Notes: a model not told the origin generated them from the sequence alone. A DNA stretch of 64,000 nucleotides from Patescibacteria group bacterium UBA6017 (GCA_002429485.1 DIZX01000015.1:86044-150043); one strand, 5' to 3'. Counted from the first letter of the stretch, positions 1 to 10,436 are shown. Program-made: numbers and translations.

Positions 1-3
1 AGG

Positions 4-204
4 ATGCCAAAGCTTAAGACACACAAAGGAATGGCCAAGCGTATCAAAGTGAGCGCTACCGGTAAGCTAATGCACCGTCGTGCCTTCCGTAACCACATGC
101 TCGCCCACAAGTCGGCCTCGGCTAAACGCGAATACGTGAAGGAATTCCAAATTTCTGCTGGCGACAAAGCCAACGTTAAGACAATGCTAGGAAGTTATAA
201 GTAA
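4..204 (+). CDS. rpmI: 50S ribosomal protein L35
   Basis: [22 protein letters not shown]-terminus typical of bL35; overlaps rplT start. Confidence 0.97.
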   Translation: MPKLKTHKGMAKRIKVSATGKLMHRRAFRNHMLAHKSASAKREYVKEFQISAGDKANVKTMLGSYK

Positions 205-554
205 TGAGAATCAAACGCGGCGTTACTACCCACGCCAAACACAAGAAGCTAAGGGCACAGACCAAAGGCTATAGCCTCGTCCGTCGTGCCAGCGTTCGCC
301 AAGCCCGCCAAGCCGTACTGAAGGCTCTTCAGTACCAATACCGCGACCGCCGCAACAAGAAGCGCGACCTGCGCGGACTCTGGATCACGCGCATCAACGC
401 CGGTGTTCACCAGTTCGGCCTGTCCTACTCCGCCTTCATGGGCGCCGTCAAGAAAGCCGGCATCACTCTGGACCGCAAGATCCTCGCCGAGCTAGCCGTC
501 AGTCAGCCCAAGGCTTTCGAAGCCGTCGTAGACGCCGCCAAAGCCGCCAAGTAG
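204..554 (+). CDS. rplT: 50S ribosomal protein L20
   Basis: RIKRG...[21 protein letters not shown]...[10 protein letters not shown] motifs. Confidence 0.98.
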   Translation: MRIKRGVTTHAKHKKLRAQTKGYSLVRRASVRQARQAVLKALQYQYRDRRNKKRDLRGLWITRINAGVHQFGLSYSAFMGAVKKAGITLDRKILAELAVSQPKAFEAVVDAAKAAK

Positions 555-587
555 TCCTTCGCCCCCTCAGACAATACCGTTTTCAAT

Positions 588-624
588 CAAAATGACCTCC
601 TCTAATCAAGGTGGTCTTTTTTGA
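588..624 (+). terminator. probable intrinsic terminator of rpmI-rplT
   Basis: imperfect hairpin gacctcc/ggtggtc followed by T-run. Confidence 0.55.
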
Positions 625-698
625 TGTTTATGACCTCACCGTGATAACAGCCCCCATCGCGCCCCATATCAACCCCCGGGCACCCGCATCACATAACA

Positions 699-748
699 TA
701 CCGCCAAACTGACACAAGTTCCCCTCACAAAGTGTCAGTTTGGCGGTA
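699..748. repeat. perfect 17-bp inverted repeat with 16-nt spacer
   Basis: taccgccaaactgacac (699-715) / gtgtcagtttggcggta (732-748). Confidence 0.9.
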
Positions 749-862
749 CCCCAACCAATATGCGTGCCCAAGATTTTATGTCGAAACGAATTAAAGAATT
801 AATGTAAGAATAAGCAGTATCTTCGCAAAAAAGGATCATCCTAATTATAAGAAAAATTAATT

Positions 863-1981
863 CTATTCGAGCTTAAAAGCCACCGACTGTTCGTCAATAA
901 ACTTTGCTATCTTTTTCCTAAATACCGCACTATCAAACTGCTTTGCTTGCTCCCGAATGACCGCCTCATCAAACTCCATACCTTCAAATCGTTTCACTGC
1001 ATCTACCAATGAGCGCCCAGTCTGATGGTCAAACAAAACCCCTGTTTTGCCATCAATAACGTACTCTGGAGCACCGCCGCCATCAAACGCGATCGTGGGA
1101 GTCCCAGCCGCCATTGCCTCTAGCGGCACCATACCGAAGTCTTCCTCGGGCGGAAACACCAAACCCTTGGCCCCCGCAAACAATCGATCCCGATCCTCAT
1201 CGCTCACCCGACCAAGAAATTCGATATTGCCCTTGGCCCGCGGCCTCTGCCTGGCAATCTCCTCCCCCGCCCCTGCCACCTTCAAGGGCAAACCCAGCGC
1301 GTTAAAGGCATCAATCGCCACGTCGAGCCGCTTCGAAGCCACCTGCCTACCAACGATCAAATAGTAGTCGCGTTCAGCCGAATGCATCTGGCTCAGCTTA
1401 TCGGTAACAATCGGCGGATAAATCACGATCGAGTCCCGATGATAGTACTGCTTAATCCGACGCTTGATGTGCTCGGAGTTGGCCACGAACACATCCACCC
1501 CCTGTGCCGCCTTATAATCAACTCGCCGCAGCACGCCCACCACCAGTGGAAACACTATCCGCGCCAACCAGTTGAACTTACCAAACGGCATGTTCTTCAG
1601 CCGCCACTCATAATCGGTCCAATAGTACCGCACCGGTGTGTGGCAGTAGCATATATGCAGGGTCTTATCGTCGGTTCGCACATACTTCGCCTCCGCTGCG
1701 CACGAGGAAATCACCAAATCATAGCCACTCATGTCCAGCATCTTAAACGGTAACCCTAGAAATATCGGAAACAGCTGATGTTTATGTTTCAAAAGCGGAA
1801 TCTTATCCAAAAACGTCGTTCTCACGTCGGCCCCAGCGAATTCCGGGAACTTTTCGGGCAAATAAGCCGCTGTATATATTGGCGCATTTGGATACATTTG
1901 ATGTAATTCGTACAACACTTTCTCGGCTCCGCCAGGGGAAACCAGCCAATGATGCACCAGAGCCACACGGAGCTGCGCCAC
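863..1981 (-). CDS. glycosyltransferase family 4 (GT-B)
   Basis: HHWL..GGAEKV, YCHTP and EDFGMVPLEAMAAG motifs. Confidence 0.93.
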   Translation of the reverse strand: MAQLRVALVHHWLVSPGGAEKVLYELHQMYPNAPIYTAAYLPEKFPEFAGADVRTTFLDKIPLLKHKHQLFPIFLGLPFKMLDMSGYDLVISSCAAEAKYVRTDDKTLHICYCHTPVRYYWTDYEWRLKNMPFGKFNWLARIVFPLVVGVLRRVDYKAAQGVDVFVANSEHIKRRIKQYYHRDSIVIYPPIVTDKLSQMHSAERDYYLIVGRQVASKRLDVAIDAFNALGLPLKVAGAGEEIARQRPRAKGNIEFLGRVSDEDRDRLFAGAKGLVFPPEEDFGMVPLEAMAAGTPTIAFDGGGAPEYVIDGKTGVLFDHQTGRSLVDAVKRFEGMEFDEAVIREQAKQFDSAVFRKKIAKFIDEQSVAFKLE

Positions 1982-3441
1982 TAGTAGGCACCTCGGCCAT
2001 TCAATATCGTCAGCACAGTTTTAAACAGGATCTTCATATCCAGCAACAGGCCCCAGTGCTCGACGTAGAAGATATCGAGCTTCACCCGGTCGTCGTAGCT
2101 TATATCGCTGCGCCCCGAAATCTGCCACAAACCGGTGATACCCGGCTTCAAGGCCAAGAAGATCGCGCCCCGCTCGCCGTAGTGCTCCAGCTCAGCGTTG
2201 ATAATCGGCCGCGGGCCGACCAAGCTCATGTCGCCCTTAAGTACGTTGAATAACTGCGGCAATTCATCAAGACTCGTCCGGCGCAAGAACCGTCCCAAAC
2301 GGCTCACCCGCGGGTCATTCTCCACCTTTTGTGCTACCTTAAACTCTTCGACCAAGTCGGGACGGCCCATGGCTTTAAACGTTTGCTCAGCCGACTTGTA
2401 CGGGCGGCCCGGCCCGTCGCAATACCGCCACAGCATCGTCCTAAACTTCAATACCGCCACCGAATTACCGCTGCGGCTCAATCGATGATGCCGAAACAGC
2501 ACCGGCCCCTTGGGGTCGCGCAGCTTCACCAGCAACGCCACCGCCAACAGCACCGGCGACAGCACGATTATTCCAAAGATTGCTCCAAGCAGATCAAATA
2601 TCCGCTTGGCAATCCGGCCCCAACCATCGAGCGGTGTGAGACGTATCTCTATCAACTGCACTCCCGCCAGAGTACCCAGCACCGAATTTGATGCGTACAA
2701 CCCGAATTGGTTTGGCACGAAGCGGTACCCAATCTGATGATTAGCCGCATAGTTCACCAAGTCCAAAATCTCCTCTGAATCCAAGGCCGAATCGGCCTGT
2801 ATCAGCTCGTCCAGACCGCCATCCGGTGCCACCGCAGCCAACGCCTCCTCGAGCGTTGCGAACACCGGGGTTCCCTTCATCCGCTTCGCCGCCCCCTTGG
2901 CCGTATCCACGCAGGCCAGCAGCCTGTATCCCGAGAACGTCTGCCTCAAATCGGGCGCCATCCGCTGAGCAATGTCGCCGCTACCGATAATAATCGTGTT
3001 GTGCACCCCAACCCCGAATTGAAACAACCAACGTTGTAATGAACGCACCAATATACGCGAAGTCAGTACAAAAATCAGGCCCAAGCCATAGGCATATATC
3101 GGCACCGCCTTCGACGGAAACAGCGAAACCGGGCGAAAGAAATCCAGCAAGATAGTTAACATTACTCCGCTCGATACCGCCACGAACACCTTCCCAATCT
3201 CGCCGAGCTTCCCGCGCAAATTGGACTGTGCATACAAGCCGGATAAAGCAAAAATAAGAATCCACAACGGCAACAGAATTGAGATCACCTGAATAAACTC
3301 AATCGCCGGTATCGGATGGGCCACCGGCTTACCCTCAAGCTTCACGCGGAGAATATAGCTCAGTACGAAAGCACTAAGCAGTGCCAGGAAATCTAGTGGC
3401 ACCAGTATTACGCTAAAAAATAATTCGCTTCGTTTGCGCAT
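1981..3441 (-). CDS. polyprenyl-phosphate sugar-1-phosphate transferase (WbaP/WcaJ-like initiating enzyme)
   Basis: N-terminal TMs, KFRTM, RRTSLDELPQLFNVLKGDMSLVGPRP, PGITGLWQISGR; start refined to MRKRS after ggag. Confidence 0.92.
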   Translation of the reverse strand: MRKRSELFFSVILVPLDFLALLSAFVLSYILRVKLEGKPVAHPIPAIEFIQVISILLPLWILIFALSGLYAQSNLRGKLGEIGKVFVAVSSGVMLTILLDFFRPVSLFPSKAVPIYAYGLGLIFVLTSRILVRSLQRWLFQFGVGVHNTIIIGSGDIAQRMAPDLRQTFSGYRLLACVDTAKGAAKRMKGTPVFATLEEALAAVAPDGGLDELIQADSALDSEEILDLVNYAANHQIGYRFVPNQFGLYASNSVLGTLAGVQLIEIRLTPLDGWGRIAKRIFDLLGAIFGIIVLSPVLLAVALLVKLRDPKGPVLFRHHRLSRSGNSVAVLKFRTMLWRYCDGPGRPYKSAEQTFKAMGRPDLVEEFKVAQKVENDPRVSRLGRFLRRTSLDELPQLFNVLKGDMSLVGPRPIINAELEHYGERGAIFLALKPGITGLWQISGRSDISYDDRVKLDIFYVEHWGLLLDMKILFKTVLTILNGRGAY

Positions 3442-3472
3442 AATTTTGGTGACTCCATTGTACACCGCTACC

Positions 3473-4144
3473 TTAAGCTTCTGTAATCCCTATCTGACCC
3501 TTCAACCGCTGCCAATCCACGACATCCGCGAGCGATAGTCCGAGCCCCGTAAAATAAGCCGCAAGCTCGATTGGCGCAAGGGCGCCGACTTCTTCATCGG
3601 CCCTCATTATCGTTCGCATAAAATCATGCTCTTCGCCCGGCATCACCAGCCACTCCTCGACACCGCCCTCCGCGTAATAAGTGGGCGTTACGATACTATG
3701 CGGCTTCACGAATATTACGGCCTCCTCGACTGCTCTGGCGCCCAGCTCCAGGGCGTGCTGCCGAAATGCCGCCAGGGTTTGGCCTCCGTCGGCCAAATCA
3801 TCCACGCCCAATATCACTCGACCCTGGACCTGCTCCCGAACCAGCTGCATCGTGATCTCAGCCTCACCCGCCTCACCGATCCCGGTATATCGTCTTATCC
3901 GGCAAGGCACCACCCCGTGCACCACTCCGTAGCCCATCAGCACATCCAATACCATCCGCGCCGGCAGACCGCCGCCCATCAGTATCGGTACCACCACCAA
4001 ACTATCCGGCTGATCCTTATATCGCGCCAATATCTGCCCTGCAACAACCGTAGCCTTGTCTCTCAGTTCCTCATAAGACACCACCCGAAACCGGCTGGCG
4101 TGATGCTTAGCCAATTTATCGCCGCGCCCAAGGTGTGAGTTCAT
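3473..4144 (-). CDS. phosphoribosyltransferase family protein
   Basis: PRPP-binding loop ILGVDDLADGGQTL. Confidence 0.8.
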   Translation of the reverse strand: MNSHLGRGDKLAKHHASRFRVVSYEELRDKATVVAGQILARYKDQPDSLVVVPILMGGGLPARMVLDVLMGYGVVHGVVPCRIRRYTGIGEAGEAEITMQLVREQVQGRVILGVDDLADGGQTLAAFRQHALELGARAVEEAVIFVKPHSIVTPTYYAEGGVEEWLVMPGEEHDFMRTIMRADEEVGALAPIELAAYFTGLGLSLADVVDWQRLKGQIGITEA

Positions 4145-4190
4145 GGATTGATGATCGCCAATTTAGTTTTAGTGTAAATATAATTGCAGT

Positions 4191-4540
4191 GTCAGATCAG
4201 TAGTAAGCCGGATTCTGTCATGGATGATCATCTATCTTGGAGCTATGTTGCCATAGCCCTCGTGCGGCACGTACGCTCAAACGAGCGAGCAGCTCCCCTT
4301 GCGGGATGTTTGAGCAGCCTTGCAGCAGACGGGGTTTACCTCTCGCACCGGTCACCCGGATAGACTGTGCGCTCTTACCGCACTCGTTTCACCCTTACCT
4401 GTCTTACGACAGGCGGTATCGTTTCTGTGGCACTTTCCCTACGGTCGCCCGCGATTGCCGTTAGCAATCGTCCTGCTCTATGCTGTCCGGACTTTCCTCA
4501 CCGATGCTTTCACACCAGCGCGATCATCTCCTGATCTGAC
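4191..4540 (-). ncRNA. rnpB: RNase P RNA (class A)
   Basis: minus strand has GAGGAAAGTCCGG near 5' end and ACAGAATCCGGCTTA near 3' end; termini gtcagatcag/ctgatctgac form P1. Confidence 0.95.
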
Positions 4541-4609
4541 CCCCAGATTATGCCAGAATACAGCCCAAAGTTCAAACATAACAATTATTACGTTGTCGAA
4601 ACTACAACA

Positions 4610-5227
4610 TTAGTCTTTAATCACACGCTCAGAAACATCGATCTTCATCGACCAAGTACTCTTCTGCTTCCGATAATTTTGAAATTCTCCCTCTTCTACC
4701 AAATCAGCCCGCACCGGTTCTATCAGGCGATCTATAAACAATCGCCCGTTCAAATGATCCACCTCATGCTGCAACAAAACAGCCGCCCAACCCGTCACCT
4801 TCAGCGCAATTTCATTCCCCGATCTATCAAGTGCCTCCACCTTCACCGTCGCCGAGCGCCGCGTCTGGCCCCAAGTCGTCGGAAAATTCACACACCCCTC
4901 GTGCTTCTCAACCATCGTCTTTGACCGCCACACAATCTTCGGATTCACCAGCACCTGCAGGTCGTAATATCCCCGCCGCCCGATCGACAGATCCACAATG
5001 CAGATCTGCTTCATCACCCCTACCTGATTGGCGCTCAATCCCACCGTCCCCGGCCGCGTCCGATCCCTCTCCGCCCCCGGCACCGCTTTATTGCCCTTTC
5101 CATAGACAAAATCGAGCAGCGCATCGATCTCCATCTGCTGTTCTTTAACACGAAGCTCCCGCCGGCTCAGCGGCGCACACGCTTGCCTCAGTCGTGGATC
5201 GTCTTCCGCTAGGGGCAAAAAATTCAT
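4610..5227 (-). CDS. def: peptide deformylase
   Basis: GLSANQVG, EGCV, QHEVDHLNG motifs. Confidence 0.92.
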   Translation of the reverse strand: MNFLPLAEDDPRLRQACAPLSRRELRVKEQQMEIDALLDFVYGKGNKAVPGAERDRTRPGTVGLSANQVGVMKQICIVDLSIGRRGYYDLQVLVNPKIVWRSKTMVEKHEGCVNFPTTWGQTRRSATVKVEALDRSGNEIALKVTGWAAVLLQHEVDHLNGRLFIDRLIEPVRADLVEEGEFQNYRKQKSTWSMKIDVSERVIKD

Positions 5228-5239
5228 AATTACTATTCC

Positions 5240-5725
5240 TTAAAGAGTTTTCGCCATCCGCACTAAATCAATGGCACCCCACGGTGTTACCTCACCAGTT
5301 TCCACGTAGCCGAGCTTTTCATAATACGCCTTAAGCCACGGCGCCAGTGACATATAATCCAGTTCAATAACCGCCATGCTAAGATCACGCGCATAATTTT
5401 CAATTGCCTCCATAGTTGCAGGCCCCAACCCCTTCCCGCGCAGTTCACTCGAGACCGTCAGCAACCCGAAATGAAGCTTCTTCGGGTATCTCTCAACGTA
5501 AACACAGCCGACCACCCGACCGTCCTGCTTAGCAACATAAAACTCACTCCGCTCAGTTCTCTTGCGCAGTTCGGAAGCGTTTATGCGAGGCCGCCCCTTA
5601 GCTTCATCCTGATATGAATAAGCATCATTTATCAACGCGACAGTCGCATCGATATCGGTTTCAGATATCCGTTGGAGTGTAATATCTATGAATTGGAAGT
5701 AATTTGCGAGTACCAGCATATTCAA
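5240..5725 (-). CDS. GNAT family N-acetyltransferase
   Basis: LTVSSELRGKGLG acetyl-CoA motif A; YYEKLGY. Confidence 0.88.
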   Translation of the reverse strand: MNMLVLANYFQFIDITLQRISETDIDATVALINDAYSYQDEAKGRPRINASELRKRTERSEFYVAKQDGRVVGCVYVERYPKKLHFGLLTVSSELRGKGLGPATMEAIENYARDLSMAVIELDYMSLAPWLKAYYEKLGYVETGEVTPWGAIDLVRMAKTL

Positions 5726-5749
5726 ATATTAACATTTTCCAATCTATCG

Positions 5750-6280
5750 CTACGCCGAATATGTCCAGCCCGGCTGCCAAGCCCATGGAGCTGACACAAC
5801 CACATCAAGATCCTTGCCCAGCAGATGCTCTTCTAGCCCATATTGGGTCGCCCGATGCCCAATTATCATAATGGTCTTATTGTCATAATTTGCCTTCAGA
5901 TCGGCGAGAAACTCACGCATACGCCTCGATGTGTCCCCATAACTTTCGCCGCCGGCAAATGGTTCGTGTATACGCTTCGCCTTCTGCTCTTCAACCTCAT
6001 TCTTTGGTGCCTGAGTCAGCTCGCCATAGTTGCACTCCCGCAACCGCGAGTCAATGATTATTGGAATCGACGTATCCTTAAATGCAATCGCGGCAGTTTT
6101 GTAGCTTCGCTGTAGATCGGAACAAAACACTACAACGGGCGAATTATCCCTATGCCGCTCACCCAATTCAGCTGATTGGCGAAGTCCCAGCTCTGATAGG
6201 TCAACATCGTTCCATCCGGATGAAAGCTTAGCCTCGTTATCCATCGAGGTCGAATGCGCCTCAAAAATAATCGTTATCAT
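5750..6280 (-). CDS. histidine phosphatase (phosphoglycerate mutase-like) family protein
   Basis: SDLQRSYKTA, LRECNYG, GGES, IIGH; RHG motif varied to AHS. Confidence 0.85.
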   Translation of the reverse strand: MITIIFEAHSTSMDNEAKLSSGWNDVDLSELGLRQSAELGERHRDNSPVVVFCSDLQRSYKTAAIAFKDTSIPIIIDSRLRECNYGELTQAPKNEVEEQKAKRIHEPFAGGESYGDTSRRMREFLADLKANYDNKTIMIIGHRATQYGLEEHLLGKDLDVVVSAPWAWQPGWTYSA

Positions 6281-7683
6281 GATGGCCGTTTACTTCCGAC
6301 TATAGCTCGCCAAACCCCGCGCTTCCCGCTAATTCTCACCCGCCTTCGTTCATTCAAATGAGTCTTGTCATAAACCGAAGGCAAATTAGCCGCACGATAC
6401 TTCTCCCGCAGCGCCTGATACCAACCGACCCCGTAAATCTGCCAGAATTCATCCTCGGGATAATATGCGTGCGCATATAGCCATTTCCTACCCCCGAGTT
6501 CCCGCACCTTGTTTTCAAGCTTACGATTAACATCCACAAACGCTGCCTGAGAGGTAGGTCCAGGACCCCAAACTCCCACGTTTATAATTTGTTCCGCATC
6601 AAGATGGTTAAACTGCAATTTTGAGTCTTTGTCGGGCGGTAAAGGACAAAGCCACAATGGATATATGCTTAGTTCGCTTTCAACCCAGTTCAGAAAATCA
6701 GATCCTGAAGCCGCAGGCAATGCCAGGTCCTGAATAATGTACTCTTGCGAAAATCCGCTAGCATCTAACGCTATATACATCCGGCGAGTCTTCAGGAGTG
6801 GATTAAGCAAAAACCGCGTGAGGCGGCTAAATGGCACCCCAAAACGCTCGAAAACATACCTACCAGTCCAGAAAGCACCCCGATCATACCTAAACAAATA
6901 GTCCTCAAGTGGGTAGCTTTCTGCGAGATTACCGCCCTTCACGGCCTTTTCGACGCCCAAATAAAACCATTGATCGCGGGCTCGCAAACATCGCCGTACC
7001 GGCCCATTCGGCGCATCACTCAAGCGCCCGGCAATAATTACGCCCCGATCCTTCGCGTACAAGATGCCGTCTATAAAATCATAATCCATACTCAGTACAC
7101 GCTTGAGAGTCTCAACCGCATCTGCGGCGCTTATTACAGGCAAATACTCCAACTCCACATATTTAGCGGCCTTAACAAGCTGCACTTGCGCCGCCGTCAC
7201 CACTCCGAGGGAGCCATACGCTCCAGCCGAACCATAAAACAGATCAACGTGGTCTTGGGGTGACGCAATAACGACGCTGCCGTCAGCAAGAATCACCTCA
7301 AACCAATTGAGTGTTCGATTGAAGCATCCCGATTTAAATGAGCTGCTCTCCCCTGCACCACCTTGCAGGCCACCGCCGACCGTAATACCGGGGAACTCCA
7401 TCACCACCTTTGGTATCAGCCCGTACTTAAGCGTTGCTGCTACCAATTTATCCATTGGCACATTGGGCTCAACAGTGGCGGTTTTCGTTGTAGTATCAAC
7501 AACAAGAATTCTGTTTAGGCCCCTTACATCAACCATATTTGCCGCCTTAAACGACTGAGAACGTGTTGAGTTCGTTGAACCATGATAAATCCGAAATGGC
7601 TTTTTCGAATCATAAAACGACCGCACCTTCTCGGCGATCGCTTTTACGGACTGCTGATGTTGTATGTCCAAAATATCGTTCAT
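6277..7683 (-). CDS. FAD-binding oxidoreductase, Delta24-sterol-reductase (DHCR24)-like
   Basis: VEPNVPMDKLV, VVMEFPGITVGGG, GESSSFK, DLFYG, GSLG, KWLYAH motifs of PCMH-type FAD oxidases. Confidence 0.85.
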   Translation of the reverse strand: MNDILDIQHQQSVKAIAEKVRSFYDSKKPFRIYHGSTNSTRSQSFKAANMVDVRGLNRILVVDTTTKTATVEPNVPMDKLVAATLKYGLIPKVVMEFPGITVGGGLQGGAGESSSFKSGCFNRTLNWFEVILADGSVVIASPQDHVDLFYGSAGAYGSLGVVTAAQVQLVKAAKYVELEYLPVISAADAVETLKRVLSMDYDFIDGILYAKDRGVIIAGRLSDAPNGPVRRCLRARDQWFYLGVEKAVKGGNLAESYPLEDYLFRYDRGAFWTGRYVFERFGVPFSRLTRFLLNPLLKTRRMYIALDASGFSQEYIIQDLALPAASGSDFLNWVESELSIYPLWLCPLPPDKDSKLQFNHLDAEQIINVGVWGPGPTSQAAFVDVNRKLENKVRELGGRKWLYAHAYYPEDEFWQIYGVGWYQALREKYRAANLPSVYDKTHLNERRRVRISGKRGVWRAIVGSKRPS

Positions 7684-7696
7684 ACTAAATAATTCC

Positions 7697-7772
7697 TGGT
7701 CGGGGTGACAGGACTTGAACCTGCGACCTCTCGGCCCCCAGCCGAACGCGCTACCAACTGCGCCACACCCCG
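7697..7772 (-). tRNA. tRNA-Pro(GGG)
   Basis: cloverleaf CGGGGTG...GTTCAAGT...CCA; anticodon loop CTGGGGG. Confidence 0.95.
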
Positions 7773-7813
7773 ATAACTGTCAAAGTATGCTTCAAAATGC
7801 TCCTCATGGCAAG

Positions 7814-8245
7814 CTACCGTCCGGTATGACCGAATGCGCCTTCGCCTCGTTCCGTCTCATCATGCTCGTCCACCACCTCAAACGTCGCCCTCTCCACCGG
7901 CGCCACCACCACCTGTGCAATCCGGTCGCCATCGGTCACAGTGTATGACTCAGCCGACAAATTCACCAGTATCACCATCAACTCGCCGCGATAATCAGAA
8001 TCAATCGTTCCCGGCGAGTTCACTATCGAGATCCCGTGCTTGGCCGCCAACCCGCTCCGCGGCCGCACCTGAGCTTCGTACCCCGCCGGCACCGCCAGAT
8101 ACAGCCCGGTTGGAATAAGCGCCCGCTCCAGCGATCCCAGCCTCACCGGCGCATCAATATTGGCACACACGTCAAACGCCGCCGCCCCGGCCGTCTGATA
8201 CTCCGGCAATGCGTGCCGGCTTTTATTGATTACCCAAACCTTCAT
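7814..8245 (-). CDS. dut: dUTP diphosphatase
   Basis: [35 protein letters not shown] motifs. Confidence 0.97.
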   Translation of the reverse strand: MKVWVINKSRHALPEYQTAGAAAFDVCANIDAPVRLGSLERALIPTGLYLAVPAGYEAQVRPRSGLAAKHGISIVNSPGTIDSDYRGELMVILVNLSAESYTVTDGDRIAQVVVAPVERATFEVVDEHDETERGEGAFGHTGR

Positions 8246-9168
8246 GAGACTCCCTCCAGTTGCGCAGCTTCAAGTCGATCTCCACGCGCATCAATAGCAC
8301 TAATCGCGTAAGCACAGCCCAAAATCACTGCCGCCCCCGCTAGCGCCATCACAGAAGGTATTTCCCCGTACAGACAAAACCCGATCACAGTTGCGAATAC
8401 CCCTTCCAGCAGGAGTAAGTTGCCCACTACGTAGGCTTTTAGATGACCAAAAACATAATTTATCAGGAACAGTCCTACCACGTTCAGCACCGAGGACATG
8501 CCCAGCCCAATCCAACCGCTCATAGAAATATGTTGAGGTATCACAGGCTCATGCAGGGCCATAGAAACAATAAAAAGCGGGATCCAGGTGAGCAACAATA
8601 TTAACGTGGTGTTTTGGTAGTTCGAAAACGATTTTGGGTGGTAGCGCGACAGCATGTAGCCTATATCAAACCCCAACATGCCAATAATGGCGGCCGTTTC
8701 GCCCCAGCCAACCTGTAGCGAGTCTAGCCTCAGGCCCGTCAGCATAGCCAAACCCACCACCGAGATGACGATGAAGGGCAAGGCGGCCAGCCTCAGCTTC
8801 TCCCGAAACATTACCCAGCCCAAAATACCAAGAATCGGCAGCGACGATACAAACGACACCGTGCTCAAATCGGCGTTCAGAATCGCAATAGTAAAGAATC
8901 CTACCCCGATTGTATTCGCAAGAAATCCCCGTAGGCCGTACATAGCCCAATCTCGACCTCTTATCTGCCGCAGAAAATCAACACTAAAGCTGCGTCGAAA
9001 AACCACCAACGCGATCAATCCGGCAAGGAACATCCGCAAATACACCTGCTGCCAAGGAGCAAAACTGCCGTCCATCATTCGAACCCAGACGCCCATGAAA
9101 ACGAAGAGCAGCGCCAGCAACACTGTGGCCAGTACGGGCTTTATTTTGTTAGCGGTCGTTTTTGTCAC
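8242..9168 (-). CDS. DMT/EamA family transporter
   Basis: about 10 TM helices in two EamA repeats; start moved to GTG at 9168 because the upstream ATG lies inside the 6S-like RNA. Confidence 0.8.
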   Translation of the reverse strand: MTKTTANKIKPVLATVLLALLFVFMGVWVRMMDGSFAPWQQVYLRMFLAGLIALVVFRRSFSVDFLRQIRGRDWAMYGLRGFLANTIGVGFFTIAILNADLSTVSFVSSLPILGILGWVMFREKLRLAALPFIVISVVGLAMLTGLRLDSLQVGWGETAAIIGMLGFDIGYMLSRYHPKSFSNYQNTTLILLLTWIPLFIVSMALHEPVIPQHISMSGWIGLGMSSVLNVVGLFLINYVFGHLKAYVVGNLLLLEGVFATVIGFCLYGEIPSVMALAGAAVILGCAYAISAIDARGDRLEAAQLEGVS

Positions 9169-9189
9169 TGTATATCCGTATATAATTTC

Positions 9190-9347
9190 AAGCCTCCGTG
9201 ACATCGTCGCAGCCTACCAACTTTTCCCTGCGTGAAGCAGGTGGGTGCCCTCAGTCACAAAGTCCACGGACTAGGACAATCTTGAGCTCCCGTTGGTAGT
9301 AGTACAGAGAAAAATCTATGAGCTGCTAACGTATGGCACAGAGACTC
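9190..9347 (-). ncRNA. ssrS: 6S RNA-like long hairpin
   Basis: 5' gagtctctgtg..cat.cgt..gcagc pairs with 3' gctgc.acg.atg.cacggaggctt; central bubble; GGGAGC and GGCACCCACCTG motifs seen in Firmicutes-type 6S RNAs. Confidence 0.75.
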
Positions 9348-9385
9348 CTCTATTGTACGGGTCCTACCATCAAGAGCAAGCGGAT

Positions 9386-10018
9386 CTATAGAGCTGCGCT
9401 TGCCGGCACCAGCAGCCGAACAATGGCAATGATGACCGTACCTACCACTGGGGCAATAAATTGATACCCCAGCAGCATCACCGCCATGAGCATCACAAAC
9501 CCGGCCTGTTCAATCCGGTCCATCACGTCGCGCATGCCTTCCGGGGCCATAGCATACAGCAACCGCGAGCCGTCGAGCGGCGGAAACGGAATCATGTTAA
9601 AGACAAACAAACCGACATTCACCAATACGATCGCAAAGAAAAAATCCTGAGCAACCGCCGCCAACGGTAAGAAGTTCAGGCACATGGCAAAAAATATCGC
9701 TAAGATCAAGTTCGTAAACGGTCCGGCCATTGCCACCAACGCCGCGCCCCACCGTCCGCCCCGCACCGCCCAGGGGTTAAACGGTACCGGTTTGGCCGCC
9801 GCAAACACCACCGGCGAGCCCACCAAAATCAGCAGCAACGGCAGCGCCAGTGTGGCGAACGGGTCGATATGAGATAGCGGATTGAGCGTCAGCCGCCCCT
9901 GATCCTTGGCCGTCGTATCCCCTAAATAGTGCCCCATCCAGGCGTGCGCAAACTCATGCAGTGTCAGCGCCAGGATGAGTGCGATTACTTGTTCGGCAAT
10001 TTGAATCGGATTGTGCAT
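9386..10018 (-). CDS. site-2 protease family (M50) membrane metalloprotease
   Basis: HEFAH, NPLSHIDP, AGPFTN, FNMIPFPPLDG motifs. Confidence 0.93.
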   Translation of the reverse strand: MHNPIQIAEQVIALILALTLHEFAHAWMGHYLGDTTAKDQGRLTLNPLSHIDPFATLALPLLLILVGSPVVFAAAKPVPFNPWAVRGGRWGAALVAMAGPFTNLILAIFFAMCLNFLPLAAVAQDFFFAIVLVNVGLFVFNMIPFPPLDGSRLLYAMAPEGMRDVMDRIEQAGFVMLMAVMLLGYQFIAPVVGTVIIAIVRLLVPASAAL

Positions 10019-10050
10019 GCAAGCATTGTACTATAATCTCGCTCTAGTAA

Positions 10051-10079
10051 TTGACTTACCAGATAATATTAGCTACACT
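10051..10079 (+). promoter_or_regulatory. sigma70-type promoter of rpmB
   Basis: TTGACT-N17-TACACT. Confidence 0.6.
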
Positions 10080-10104
10080 AACAAAGTTGTTTTAAGGAAT
10101 TCAC

Positions 10105-10347
10105 ATGTCATACGCATGCGACATCACAGGCAAGGGGAAGCAATTCGGTAATAACGTACCGTTTTCCCAAAAGAAGACCCGCAAAGTCTGGAAGCCAAAC
10201 CTTCAGCAAAAGACCATCCTCATCGGTGGCCAGAAGGTTCGCCTCAAGCTTGCTACTTCTACTATTCGAACTCTCAAGAAGTGGGAGCGCGAGGAGATTG
10301 AGCGCGCCGCCAAATTGGCCGCCAAAGCCGCCCCAGCCGCCGCTTAA
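10105..10347 (+). CDS. rpmB: 50S ribosomal protein L28
   Basis: CDITGK..FGNNV..S..KTRKVWKPNLQ. Confidence 0.95.
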   Translation: MSYACDITGKGKQFGNNVPFSQKKTRKVWKPNLQQKTILIGGQKVRLKLATSTIRTLKKWEREEIERAAKLAAKAAPAAA

Positions 10348-10363
10348 ATCCCCCGCCCCATTC

Positions 10364-10392
10364 AAAAAACCGCCCTCTCGGGCGGTTTTTTT
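10364..10392. terminator. bidirectional intrinsic terminator
   Basis: A6-ccgccc-tctc-gggcgg-T7 between convergent genes. Confidence 0.85.
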
Positions 10393-10436
10393 GTTCTATC
10401 GAAACTTTTTAAGTGTATCGTCGGGCGATGTTTCGG

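Noticed and set aside
4237-4613. Small ORFs over 4237-4613
   Set aside because: They overlap the RNase P RNA gene.
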